The notes below the pieces were generated by a model. The model made no database searches, was not told the origin of the DNA, and saw only the letters and a list, made by a program, of their open reading frames with translations. Shown here in pieces: positions 31,970 through 42,514 of a DNA stretch of 64,000 nucleotides. The translations under genes were made by a program, and so were the position numbers. Where the stretch lies: assembly GCA_963770935.1 (NCBI GenBank), contig CAVYRJ010000001.1, positions 160,001 to 224,000 on the forward strand. Reading direction: 5' to 3'. Source of the DNA: Candidatus Bathyarchaeota archaeon. GTDB lineage: Archaea; Thermoproteota; Bathyarchaeia; Bathyarchaeales; Bathycorpusculaceae. Position 1 is the first letter of the stretch, and each line of letters starts with the position of its first letter.

Positions 31970-32146
31970 ATGAAAGATTTTAAGTGCCCAATATGTAGTG
32001 GGTCAACTGAAAAGATTTGGGAAAATGCAACCAGAACAAGATACGGAATGAGATGTACGAAAGGCCACAATAAAACAGGTGGCAAATCAGAGGGTTCAAA
32101 AGAGTACCCCACATTTCTTGTTCCAAGTGAAGAACTTGGTAAGTAA
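31970..32146 (+). CDS. 58-aa zinc-finger microprotein
   Basis: MKDFKCPICSG...MRCTKGH...; GGTGA RBS-like site upstream; below the track's length cut-off. Confidence 0.6.
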   Translation: MKDFKCPICSGSTEKIWENATRTRYGMRCTKGHNKTGGKSEGSKEYPTFLVPSEELGK

Positions 32147-32253
32147 AGAAACTTAGATTCTTTCTTTTTTGTTATGGGTACTAAAATTTAATTTGAACCA
32201 CACCTAAAACTTTTTGAAGGCTAAAGTTGTTTATTTGACAAGGATAAATCTTG

Positions 32254-32418
32254 ATGGATAAAGCTAAAATTAAAGATGAAATGTGCACGTGTGGGCATCT
32301 GAAAAGTGAGCATTCGTATTTTTTAGATAGAGTATGTACTAAACCTAAATGTGAATGTTACAAGTTCGTTTTGAAGGACGAAGAACAAAAGCCTAATTTT
32401 TTAGATTCTGTGTGCTAA
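32254..32418 (+). CDS. 54-aa Cys/His microprotein
   Basis: MDKAKIKDEMCTCGHLKSEH...CTKPKCECYKF (CxCGHxxxxH...CxxxxCxC). Confidence 0.65.
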   Translation: MDKAKIKDEMCTCGHLKSEHSYFLDRVCTKPKCECYKFVLKDEEQKPNFLDSVC

Positions 32419-32477
32419 AGCATGAAGATAGATAAACTAATAATCGCTTTGAATGATACTGCTAAGAGGTTCAATAA

Positions 32478-32834
32478 ATGGTAAAAATCAATCTGTTGAC
32501 CTATTTGACTTTCAATTTGAACATGCTCGTTGACAAAGGAAAAGGTATGACGATAAAAGAGACCAGGCAGTTATGCGAAAAAAGAACAATACTTCGAGAG
32601 TTGCAAGAGCGATTTCCTTTTGCAGAAACACACCTTGACTTATCATTACTGAAACTGCAGCCAGATGCTGAAGAAGAAATTGAGAATATTTTTTACGATA
32701 TGGCTACTTCATTAAAAGACAGCGAAATGCTTGTGGGAAACAACGGTTTATGTCTGTTGATTGCATACGCTCAAGAACAGATTCAAAGAGAAGCAAGAAA
32801 ACTTGAAGAGAAAAGAGACGACGAAAAAGTCTGA
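32478..32834 (+). CDS. Hypothetical protein (N-terminus possibly at 32422 via a frameshift)
   Basis: 118-aa ORF with protein-like composition. Confidence 0.55.
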   Translation: MVKINLLTYLTFNLNMLVDKGKGMTIKETRQLCEKRTILRELQERFPFAETHLDLSLLKLQPDAEEEIENIFYDMATSLKDSEMLVGNNGLCLLIAYAQEQIQREARKLEEKRDDEKV

Positions 32835-32883
32835 TAGCCTAAATCTTTTTCTTCTATAAATCCTATCTTTGGACGATACTAAA

Positions 32884-33018
32884 ATGAACCAAAAATGCCC
32901 CCGATGCGGAACCACAACAACACAAGGCTTGATTTATGATAAGGTACACAAGAACTTACTATGCCAAAAATGCGTGAAAAAACAAAACCCAAATTTTAAG
33001 GTGCCCCCTCGCAGGTAA
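32884..33018 (+). CDS. 44-aa zinc-finger microprotein
   Basis: MNQKCPRCG...LLCQKCVKK. Confidence 0.55.
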   Translation: MNQKCPRCGTTTTQGLIYDKVHKNLLCQKCVKKQNPNFKVPPRR

Positions 33019-33109
33019 CGTTTGCCGGGTGTTTGTCTGGAGTCAAGAGAGAACTTATTAGCTCACTCACAGAGATAGTGGTTACAACCTCAATTGAAAG
33101 AGGCTTGTC

Positions 33110-33236
33110 TATGGCTAAACAAATGGGTTTGAACATGAAAGAAACAAAGAACGGCAACGGTGCTAATCTTGGTTTTGAGGCGAAACTCTGGACAGCAGCC
33201 GATAAAATGCGCAATAATATGGATGCTCCAGAATGA
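33110..33236 (+). pseudogene. Type I R-M methyltransferase (HsdM) N-terminal stub
   Basis: GANLGFEAKLWTAADKMRNNMDAPE* is the canonical HsdM start; the rest is absent. Confidence 0.8.
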
Positions 33237-33682
33237 TGCCTTGAGTGCAAGCAACGTTTTGGAAAAGTAAAAGTCGGCGAAAAAGTATTCTGTCCGGATG
33301 GGACAGCTCATTTAGTCGATATTTAAGATCGTTTTATCTAATCTTAAATGGTTTCAGATTTTCATTTCATTTTTTTTACTCCCAAAACATTTGCCCTTGC
33401 CTTCTATTTGGTCTACGGTGCATTCGCTTGGTTCTTTATCGAAAATAGCGGCTTATTAGTTAAATGAACTCATTTTCTTTAAAAAACTTGGCACTTACTT
33501 GCTTTAAGATGAATGCGAGCAGTGGCGTCGAATCTAATTGTCTAAACCGCAAAATTATGTATAATAGGTACACCTTTCTTATAGTTAGAGTGCGAGGATC
33601 GCATTATCACTTTTCTAAGCCGCTAAAGCGGGATTTAATGATTCAGTGACGATTCTGGGCAAGTAAATTTTGAGGTGGAAAA

Positions 33683-34663
33683 ATGAGTATAACCCAAGTG
33701 AGTAGAACAAAAGAAGCCCCAAAAACGCATCATCACTTAGCTGATAAGTGCCCAGAATGCGCAAGCAATAATCTTGTTCACGATTACGACACGGGCGAAA
33801 CCATCTGCGGTGACTGCGGTCTTGTTTTGTATGAGCAGATGTTAGATAAGGGACCTGAATGGCGCGCTTTTACTCAGGAAGAGAAAGCATCAAGAAGCCG
33901 CGTTGGAGTTCCCACTTCATATTCAGTTCATGACAAAGGCTTATCTACAACCATCAGCCAAGTGGACCGCGATGCATTCGGAAGAAAACTTCCCCTGTCC
34001 ACTAGATTGCAAATGTGGCGTCTTAGGAAATGGCAAATACGCAGCCGAGTCCACTCATCCAGCGACCGAAACCTTGCACAAGCAATGGCTGAACTTGACC
34101 GTTTATCAGGCAAAGTTTCCATCTCACCACCAATCAAAGAAAAAGCCGCTGTTATTTACCGCAAAGCATTAGACAAACACTTAGTCCGAGGAAGATCAAT
34201 CAACTCCATCGCTGCTGCCGCGCTGTATGCTGCTTGTCGTAAGAGCGGAGCACCAAGAACCCTTCGCGAAATCGCTAAAGCCAGTCTAGTGGATAAGAAA
34301 GATGTTGCACGCTGCTATAGGCTGCTGCTGCAAGAGCTCGATTTTCACATGCCAACTACTGACCCGTTGACGTACATTTCAAAAATTGCAGAAGAAAATG
34401 GAGTATCTGGCAAAACACAGGGGGCTGCCATAGCTATACTTGGGGAGGCTAGACGAAAACGAGTTGTAGCGGGAAAAGATCCTATGGGCATGGCTGCAGC
34501 TGCACTCTACATAGCTTGTGTCCAGAATAACGAAAAAATAACACAAAAAGAAATCGCAGAAGCCTCTGGAGTCACTGAAGTTACGGTTAGAAACAGATAC
34601 AAGGCACTAAAGAGGCAGCTAAACCTCGAAATACCCGATCAAAGAGAGATGACAGCAAGATGA
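33683..34663 (+). CDS. tfb: Transcription initiation factor IIB paralog (element-borne)
   Basis: CPEC...CGDCGLV zinc ribbon, GPEWRAF, two cyclin folds, GVTEVTVRNRYK. Confidence 0.96.
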   Translation: MSITQVSRTKEAPKTHHHLADKCPECASNNLVHDYDTGETICGDCGLVLYEQMLDKGPEWRAFTQEEKASRSRVGVPTSYSVHDKGLSTTISQVDRDAFGRKLPLSTRLQMWRLRKWQIRSRVHSSSDRNLAQAMAELDRLSGKVSISPPIKEKAAVIYRKALDKHLVRGRSINSIAAAALYAACRKSGAPRTLREIAKASLVDKKDVARCYRLLLQELDFHMPTTDPLTYISKIAEENGVSGKTQGAAIAILGEARRKRVVAGKDPMGMAAAALYIACVQNNEKITQKEIAEASGVTEVTVRNRYKALKRQLNLEIPDQREMTAR

Positions 34664-34931
34664 GTAAGAAAGGAGAAACAGGTGAGCAGGATCGGGGAAA
34701 GCCTCAGCCTCGAAAAAAGAAGGACAGGGAAGATGCTCGCAAGAAGAAGAAACTCGACAGAGTTGAAAGACAAAAATCAAGATTGGCTTAAATAAATTTA
34801 GAGTTAGACATGGAGATTTATTATTGTCTGACGCTGCTCTGTCATTTCTTCGGTTGATTGACTGTTTGTGTGTGGCTAATACTTTTCGGGGTGTGATGAT
34901 TAAACTAAAAACATATGATATATTTAGAAAC

Positions 34932-35414
34932 CTATGTAGGTTCAATCCACGATATATCATGTCCACCTTGCAAGTAATTATGTCTCCAAACAATTTCTGC
35001 AATAGTAAAACTCCAGGTACAATGTCCCTCGGCATCCAAATGATGTATTAGTTGTATAGAAGTTTCATCGATTTTTACAACAGGCATTATGTGCCAACCC
35101 TGACCATTACCCAGAGCTAACGAAATCAGGCAAGGTTTTTGCTCTTCTAAGAGAGATTTGATACGGTTCACTTTGTCTATTCCCTTGGTAAAACTCTGTA
35201 CTTTAATATTGATTTTAGGATACACACTTCTAATCTTCTCTGAAACAGAGTCAAAACCATTATCTTGCCCCAAGTCAAAATCCTCTTGAAAGGTCTCAAG
35301 ATGCACTCCTTGAATCTTCAAATATCGAATTAGCCACTCATAGCCTGTTGGAATACAGCCAGATTCATGACGTTGAGGAACCACAGTTTTGGACCAGTTT
35401 GATAATTGTGCCAT
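34932..35414 (-). CDS. Papain-like (C39-like) peptidase domain protein
   Basis: PQRHESGCIP (Q...C), KPCLISL, GWHIMPVV (catalytic His context). Confidence 0.6.
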   Translation of the reverse strand: MAQLSNWSKTVVPQRHESGCIPTGYEWLIRYLKIQGVHLETFQEDFDLGQDNGFDSVSEKIRSVYPKINIKVQSFTKGIDKVNRIKSLLEEQKPCLISLALGNGQGWHIMPVVKIDETSIQLIHHLDAEGHCTWSFTIAEIVWRHNYLQGGHDISWIEPT

Positions 35415-35557
35415 TTGTTATCAGAACGGTATAGGAAGTAATAGCAACTTAAGACTTTTTACTATCGTTCTGAATCAGATTTTTCCATTTGTTTTTTCCT
35501 TCTATCGTTATTTCACATGAGTCACGAGGGGTTTTCCATCCTGAGATTGAAGTTAAA

Positions 35558-36646
35558 TTATTGAAAGTTATGAATCCGAGGTCTTGGAACGAACTGCATG
35601 GAAACGGTTATTCGTTTTCTGCTGAGGCTGCCCCTAGGTCATTATTTATTCTTGTGTTGCCCTTTCCTTTGCTGGCATGTCCAAATCGTGTTATTTTCCA
35701 GTTATTCATGTTTCCGCGTATAATCTGAGGGTTGCTGGTTAAGATGTAGAAGGGAACTTTGGTTTGGGAAGTGTAGAGTTCAGCTATGAAGTTGAGGAGT
35801 CGTTTGCCTACGCCGATTCCTTGATAATCAGGTAGCACGACTAATCGGCTGACTCGATAGTATTTTGCTTTCATTCTCACGCAGGCAACAGCTATGAATG
35901 CCACAGGTTTCTCTTGATAGACTGCAGTATAGCATCTGACTCCTGCACCGAGGGAGCCGTTTAGATAGTGATATTGCCGAAACATCTTCCAAAGGTTAGC
36001 GCCGCACCGATAGACTTTGGAGTTCAACGGGCGGCCGACTTCTTTTTTTCGGTCTAAACTCCATTGTGTCTGTGCAGAAGACCCAGTCTGGATCCAGCCA
36101 ATCCACAACATCATAGTGGCAGGTTACAGCAATGAATTTCTTGGAGACTTCTACGAACTGCTTTGCTGATGGCAAAGGCGCTGACTTTGGCAATCTCCCT
36201 ATCCACGACAGAGGTAAACTCATCGAAAACCACTAAAGGCTTATCTAAGCATAGCGCACGGGCGATGTCAACCCGCATCTTCTCTCCTTGGCTCAAACAA
36301 TCATACGCTTTCAGCCAGTCCGGCGGAGAAGCGAAGCCGACACTACAGAGCATTTTTGTAATCGCATTCGTTTCAAGTTCTTGGGGAAAGTCATCTAAGA
36401 CGCATTTGCTTTTGTATTCAAAACCACGTATGTAAGCTTCTGGAAAAAGTTGTTTGGCTATGCTTGTTTTGCCTGAGCCGCTTCGCCCAACTATTACGCC
36501 TATTTGCCAATCAAAATCCTCCAGAGGCAAAGAGCCTTTAAAACGCTTCTCCAATTTGACATCTGAAAGGGTATAGCTGCCGACCACGCTCTGTGATCTA
36601 AAACTATCAGATTCTTCCCATCGCTTTACAATGTCAAAATCCGTAG
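35558..36646 (-). CDS. ABC-type ATPase fused to Mom-like GNAT acetyltransferase (three +1 breaks)
   Basis: GRSGSGKTS, LSQGEKMR, VFDEFTSVVDR / FIAVTCHYDVVDWLDPDW / WKMFRQYHYL...RVSRLVVLPDYQGIGVG / RKRITVSMQF; ORFs 36111-36587, 35996-36223, 35608-36114. Confidence 0.82.
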
Positions 36647-37183
36647 CTTATATCCCCCTCCAATCTTAGCTTCTCATACTTGGCTTTCTGATCGGCTTCG
36701 TCTCTGCACTCTACAATTATCTCGTAGGTTCCAGGAATCGAAAAAGAGATGTCACGGTCATCCACCTCGATCGGGAGCCTTCTCACCTACGGATTCGAGG
36801 AGCGCCTTCAAATCTTCCTTTTCGCCTAGCTCAACTATGCGCAAGTATTCGGCACTGTCCAGCTCTTTGTTGTGTTTTCCTCTTAGCTTGTTTAGCACCT
36901 GCCTTAGCAATCGGCGGTCAACGTCTTTAATGGGCAAGCGGATGACGCTGCACTCGGTCATGCCAAGCTCTTTCATAGCGGTAACACGCTGCTGTCCATC
37001 TGCCACCAAAAGCTCACTGTTAGTGACGACGGGAACGATGTCTCCCCATCTTCTAATTGAAGCTTTCAATCGGTCAAGTTGCGCAAGGCTCATTCTGTTG
37101 GGATTGTCTTGGTCAAACTTGAGGTCGCTGATTTTCACGCGTTCCGACATAGGAATCGGAATTTCTTTTTCAAGATCACTCAT
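36626..37183 (-). CDS. ParB/Srx N-terminal domain protein (phage type; two +1 breaks)
   Basis: ISDLKFDQDNPNRMS...LKASIRRWGDIVPVV...VADGQQRVTA...LNKLRG; tail YEIIVECRDEADQ...EGYKLRILTL* after correction; GGAGG upstream of ATG 37183. Confidence 0.82.
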
Positions 37184-38176
37184 TCCGCTTTTTCTCCTCC
37201 ATTTTCTTGTTTTAAACCCATTAATGAGCGCCTCCCGCTCCTCCGGATGCGCTTCATAGTACTCCTTAATTTTACGTGAAATAAACTCGTCATGGAACCC
37301 TTCAAAAATCTCAAAACTCTTCTCAGTAAATACTCCTTCAGGATAGATTGCTTTTATTTTGGCGTCTACTGCGTCCCACCAGGCATAATCATCAAACGCG
37401 GGGTCATCCTCGTTTCGGTTATTGTTGTATTCATAATCTTCTATCAGGCAATCGTGGTTGAATTTCTGCATCTCATGGAAGAACCACAGAACCCTGAGCA
37501 TAACTCGTGGGTCTTCGCCTTTGGGGTATGCGGCAGCGAACCATTTATAGACTATTCGTTCTAAGCGGTAGCTTAAAAATTCGTGTGATTGTTCAAGAAT
37601 GGCGTTTTCCTGGTCTGTTAGTTGGCTTAGAAGCTGTTTGGCTGCCTCGTTTTGCTGTTCCGGACTTGTTGCCGCTGTTTATTATGGCTTGTGCGTCGTC
37701 TTTGAAAGTTGCTCTTATTTTTTGTGCGTGGTCATGCAGGAGTTGTTCGTCTAAGTCGCCTATATGGAGCATTATGTCGTCGTCTTCTGGGGGAAAGTCT
37801 AAAATGTTGTCCTCTAATTGGTGGAGTTTACGGCTTAACACATTCATCAGAAACCCTCTCCTATCCCTTTCCGTTTTTGTTTTTTCGCCATCAGGTTGCG
37901 GTTTGGGAATCAGTATGCTGTTTTTTAGCTTCTCCTCTAAGGCTATCACTCTGAACTCTAACTCCTCGTCTTTGAGTAGGCTGCCGTAGGTTGAGACGGC
38001 TGAAACCATAACCCTTGCCCAGCCTTGTTTTGCTTTGTCGCTGTTTCCAGCGCATGAATTTTTTTGTGGGAGAGGCTTAAAACGCCGTCTAAAACGCGAA
38101 ACAACGTATTTCTGCGGTCTTTAGCTGAACGGTTTGATGACGGTTTCTTATCGGTTTTAGCTTCAACTTCACCCAA
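37180..38176 (-). CDS. Two hypothetical phage-like genes fused or broken by frameshifts
   Basis: ORFs 37958-38176, 37593-38009 and the first part of 36758-37501 are co-oriented and abut the ParB gene. Confidence 0.45.
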
Positions 38177-38357
38177 GCTTTATTTGCCTTCCTAAGTTTG
38201 GCTCCAACACCAATGGAGAAAAGACACCGCAAAGCGAGTTAGCTCTCAAGACAACACAAAACAAGACAACGATTTCCATATTGTTAATTTGAAGATAAAA
38301 GACTTGCGTTTAAGATCCAAGAGATAATTTTATAGAGTAAGATCAGCTAAAGAGGTA

Positions 38358-39143
38358 TTGGACTGCAGTGTGGAAGATAGAACCTTATCTTTATTATGCA
38401 ACTCGTGTGGTACTTTGATTCAAAAAGATTATTGGGAGTGCCCTCATTGCAAAGCTCACTATTGCTATGGTTGCGGAAAGGACTTTCAGGTTCTCCTAAG
38501 AAATCTCATCCCCTGCTGTCCTGCATGTAACTTAGAATTATTTCACCAAACAACCGCTGAACCCTACAAAATAGCAGAATCCCCATCTTCTATGCCACTG
38601 TTAAAAAACAAAAGTTCTACGGTATCAATTGCAGAGACCAAGGTCGAAACAGTACTGCAACTGGGTATTAGAAAAGAATCAAAAAAGCATGCCGAGGCTG
38701 AGATAGAAGTTCAGTTCTACCGTCCAATCCCTGATACTCAAAAAGTTCTTAATTACCTTAAAACGGCTAAGATAAGAAATATCAGGAATAAACAACATCT
38801 ATTTCAAACGCTATCAAATATCTTTAAAAAAGACCCAGAGCGCATAGAAGAACTGTGGTATGAACTAGAAAGAACTAATCCGATTTTAATCCGCCTAATT
38901 ATCTCAAAATTTAAGGATGAAGTTCTAAAGCAGCAATATAAAAGAGCTAACTATGAGGCTCTTCATCCTAAGCATAGGAATGCCTTGAATGATTCTGAAG
39001 TCATCTCTCCGCCGCACAGAGAAGAAGTCAACTTGGATTTAAAGAATGTAAAACCGATAGATGGCGTCGAAATTGAATGGAAACAAGGGAAGATGTCAGC
39101 TGTCGATCAAAAGAACTACAGAAGCAAATTTGATGAACAATAA
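38358..39143 (+). CDS. Hypothetical protein with N-terminal RING-like 8-Cys domain
   Basis: CNSC-x10-CPHC-x4-CYGC-x14-CPAC. Confidence 0.65.
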   Translation: MDCSVEDRTLSLLCNSCGTLIQKDYWECPHCKAHYCYGCGKDFQVLLRNLIPCCPACNLELFHQTTAEPYKIAESPSSMPLLKNKSSTVSIAETKVETVLQLGIRKESKKHAEAEIEVQFYRPIPDTQKVLNYLKTAKIRNIRNKQHLFQTLSNIFKKDPERIEELWYELERTNPILIRLIISKFKDEVLKQQYKRANYEALHPKHRNALNDSEVISPPHREEVNLDLKNVKPIDGVEIEWKQGKMSAVDQKNYRSKFDEQ

Positions 39144-39414
39144 AACTCTTATGTGTTTTTCGTCTGTAAGTTCTATATGCCTTTTACACTCAATGCAGTT
39201 GATTAGTTTCAACAATATCTCTTGAATTAGATGAACCCTCAACGAAATCCATTAAGCACGAAAAGTTTAATCTATTTAGCAACAAACTGTCGCGCGATTC
39301 TTTTTCTTGGACACAATTTGGTATCAGGGCGTTCTTCTTTTGCCAATACACTATAATCTTCTCGATTGGAGCAAAAAAGGGGAAGTGAAGTGCTATGAGG
39401 TTTTTGTTAATGGA

Positions 39415-42031
39415 TTATGGTCGTTTTCGGAGCATCAGAATTATTACTATTCCGATTACTAAGATTGCGATTATCGCTGCTGCGCCCAAGCCTAAAACGT
39501 ATGAGTCGGTCATTGATTCCGGTGCTGATGTTGGTGCGGGAGTGGACGAAGGAGCTTCTTCTACGTATATGGCGGTTTCCGCATTGGAAGACCAGTAAGA
39601 CTTAGAACCAGCAAAAGTAGCAATGATAGTGTATTTGCCTGGAACCTCCGGAGTAAAGGCATAGCTGTATGTGCCACTTGCGTCACTAGTAGTGTTGCCA
39701 ACCTCGTAGTAATTGTTGTTCGGGTCAAGCACACTTAAAACAACCTCAACTCCTTTCACGTCAGTGGGTTTCGACTGTTGCATGTAAACATACTCCATCC
39801 ACGCACTCATATCTACGTCAGATACAGCAGGAACTCCATTTGGAAAACGTAGGTCTTGTTCAAGTTGCGTCGTGCCAGGAGAAATATCAGTTACTCTGCC
39901 TTCAATCAGTACTTTGTTGCCATGCGTTGACACCTTGGGAGATGCTGTTACGATAGTGGCGCTTGGTCCCTTGCCGAATGAATATATCTGCGCGTCAAAG
40001 AAGTTGAGTCCTAAGATGAAGCCGTCTGCGATAACTGCGGTAGTCGATGTGAGATGCCCTCCGCCAACTCCGGCTCCGTAGAATAATGTTTTAAATATTT
40101 CCTTTCCTGTTTCCGCGTCTATGCAACGAAGGTTTTGACCGCGAAATAGAGGTTGCGTTGGTGAGTGTTCACCAGTAACTGTGTATATTTTTCCGTCTGC
40201 AACGCAGAATGCGTAGATTGGATAGTCGCCGTAAGGAGATTCATAGCCAACGCCTGTTGCGGTGTAATTCCACAAGACTTCTCCGGTCTTTATATCGTAG
40301 GCAAACATTACTCCGGAGTAGCCAAAGGTTAAGATTTTGCCTTGGTAGACATAGTTATAGATGCCATAGTATTGAAAATCGGGTTCAGGGTTAGTTGGAC
40401 CCCACAGTCTATTACCCGTTTCTAAGTCGAAGCCCCAGAGTTCCTTCGTCAGTGAATTTGTATAGTAGAAAACACCATCTTCTGGTGCTACAAATGGCCC
40501 AAAAACCGCTCCTCTATACATCGATACGTAGGTTTCTATTGGTGCTACATCAAATGGTGGCGTAAAGGTATAGTTCCAAATCAATTGTCCCTCTTGCCCT
40601 GGTTTCAGGCTTAATTTCCACATGTTGCCTAAAACAAGCGGCTGACCTTCTTTGTTTACTCCTGAAGTTCCACCGATTATATACTCGTCCTCAAGAACCG
40701 CGCGGATGCTGCCCTGTACTGCCTTTGTTATCGTCACGTTCAATGAGAATGCCGTGTCCCCGTTATGAACAGGTAGCCTTTCGGGTCTCCATTGCCATAA
40801 ATCAGTTCCTCCTGTTCCTAATAGCATAGTAGGTATTGCAGATGAGTTCCAAACTTGTAAATATTGTATCCCACCTGATGTGACTAGGTTGTATCGCAAT
40901 ATGCTTCCGTCTTTACCATAGACAGCTGTACCGCCAGCAGATACGTTAGCTATTAAGGTTACCGTGTTTCCTGTGAATCCGTCAAGCATTTCCCAAGTTT
41001 GAGTACCTGACCTGACTTGTATAACCAGATGGTAAGGTGACGCCGGAGGTTCTCCATAGGTATGAGAAGCCTCCGTGCTGGTTTGGTGACTCATAGTTGT
41101 ATATCGAACCAAATGCCGGCATGGTTTTGTTGTCTAAAGATAGCGTTTCGCCTGTGTAGAGATCAACGGCATAGTAGCCCTGTATTGTTTGTGCTGTGTT
41201 ACGTGCTTCGTAGTAAAGTTTTCCTTGGATAATTATAGGGGTGAAACTAAGACCTGCGTAGTGCCCTGTCATGTAGCCTGTATCATTAAAACGAGCGTCC
41301 ATGATTCCTCCGGCAAAATATGGTTTTGTCCAAATTATGTGAGCGCTTTCTGGAGCTTGACCGAAGCTGAAACGAGTAGTTTGACCAGCCAGTGGAATAG
41401 CTCCAGTCCAAGTTTGAGCGGAGCCCCCCAGCCAGTTTCCTGTAATTTGCCACCAAGCTCTGTTGGCACTGTTTATTGGGCGAGTCCAGTATTCGGTTGG
41501 AAGAGGTGTCTCTTTCCATCCTTCTATGGGGTCAGTTTGTACAGTAATTGTTGTTGGATCGCTTGTGCTGCCAACATAAGTATCGTTGATGTATGCAACG
41601 CCAGGTTGGGTCACTATATAGGGGTTTAGAGGAAGACCTGTTATTGTGTCATTAACCATTCTTGCCACGAAAGTGTATGTGCCGACTTGATCAGGTACGT
41701 ACGTGGTGTACCCAGCGCCCACTGGATCAGATGTGATAGGTCCGAGTGTTTGTGTTGTTTCGTCAGGTTTTGTAACATCTACATAGAAGGTGAACCTGTC
41801 ACCGTAAGCGCCCCCAGCTGTGGGGGGAACGGTGTTACTAAACATGACAACCAATAGCTGCTGGCCGATGCCTACAGTGTGTGGACTAACAGCAATGTAA
41901 GTCCAGGTAGGAATCACCCACGGAGGACTATGAGCTGAAACTACCGGCAAATTAAGAAGTGGAAAAGCAATAGTCATAATCAGAAACAACGTAGTCATGA
42001 AGGCAATTGTTTTTTTCTTTGAAAATTTCAT
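39415..42031 (-). CDS. Secreted, C-terminally anchored PQQ-like beta-propeller protein, one +1 frameshift at ~41010
   Basis: Signal peptide, PLPTEYWTRPIN, APESAHIIWTKP, ESPYGDYP, ADGKIY, PAVSDVDMSAWMEY, TM + RKR. ORFs 40982-42031 and 39415-41112 join at AGTCAG(G)TCAGGT. Confidence 0.9.
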
Positions 42032-42057
42032 GTTTTTCTTTTCCTATAATTATAATT

Positions 42058-42130
42058 GACAAAAGCAAGCTTTTGAGAGGTTGCCTTGCCAACAGAAACA
42101 GATATTTTTGCTAGATGTATATTAAATTAA
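42058..42130 (-). promoter_or_regulatory. Conserved TATA + hairpin leader (copy A) of beta-propeller gene
   Basis: Aligns without gaps to 50191-50263. Confidence 0.7.
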
Positions 42131-42514
42131 CCATTCTTGAAAAGACGCCATGGGAAAATATGTAATTTTGATATTTAAATGGTTGTCATAGTGTGGAATA
42201 TCGTGTAATGCTTAGGGTTTTGAGTTTTTTCTTTCGGTTGCCGTTAAATAAAATAAAAAAATAGAAAGGCGGGAGATTTTGCCACTTTAATCTTATAGAA
42301 GCCAAATAAGACTAATATGCGAGAAGACCAGGGCCTACTTTGTTCACATAAGAAGGCGGGTGTTGCTCACCAAAATTAACAATTTTTCATAGCAGTGTTC
42401 TAAAGGTAAGACTAAACGACCTTCAAAGGTTGAGACCCGCGGTGATAAACTTCATTAACCAAACCTGTTATTGATCCTGTGATCTGTCCTAGACAATAAA
42501 TCCGACGGGTAAAT

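Noticed and set aside
36758-37501. 247-aa ORF as a novel domain-ParB fusion
   Set aside because: A +1 correction ends the upstream gene in an ATGA overlap at ~37183, where ParB has its own RBS-like site; the fusion is probably an indel artefact.
40982-41112. Programmed frameshift or phase variation in the beta-propeller gene
   Set aside because: No slippery heptamer or long homopolymer; a single extra G fits the window-wide +1 error pattern.
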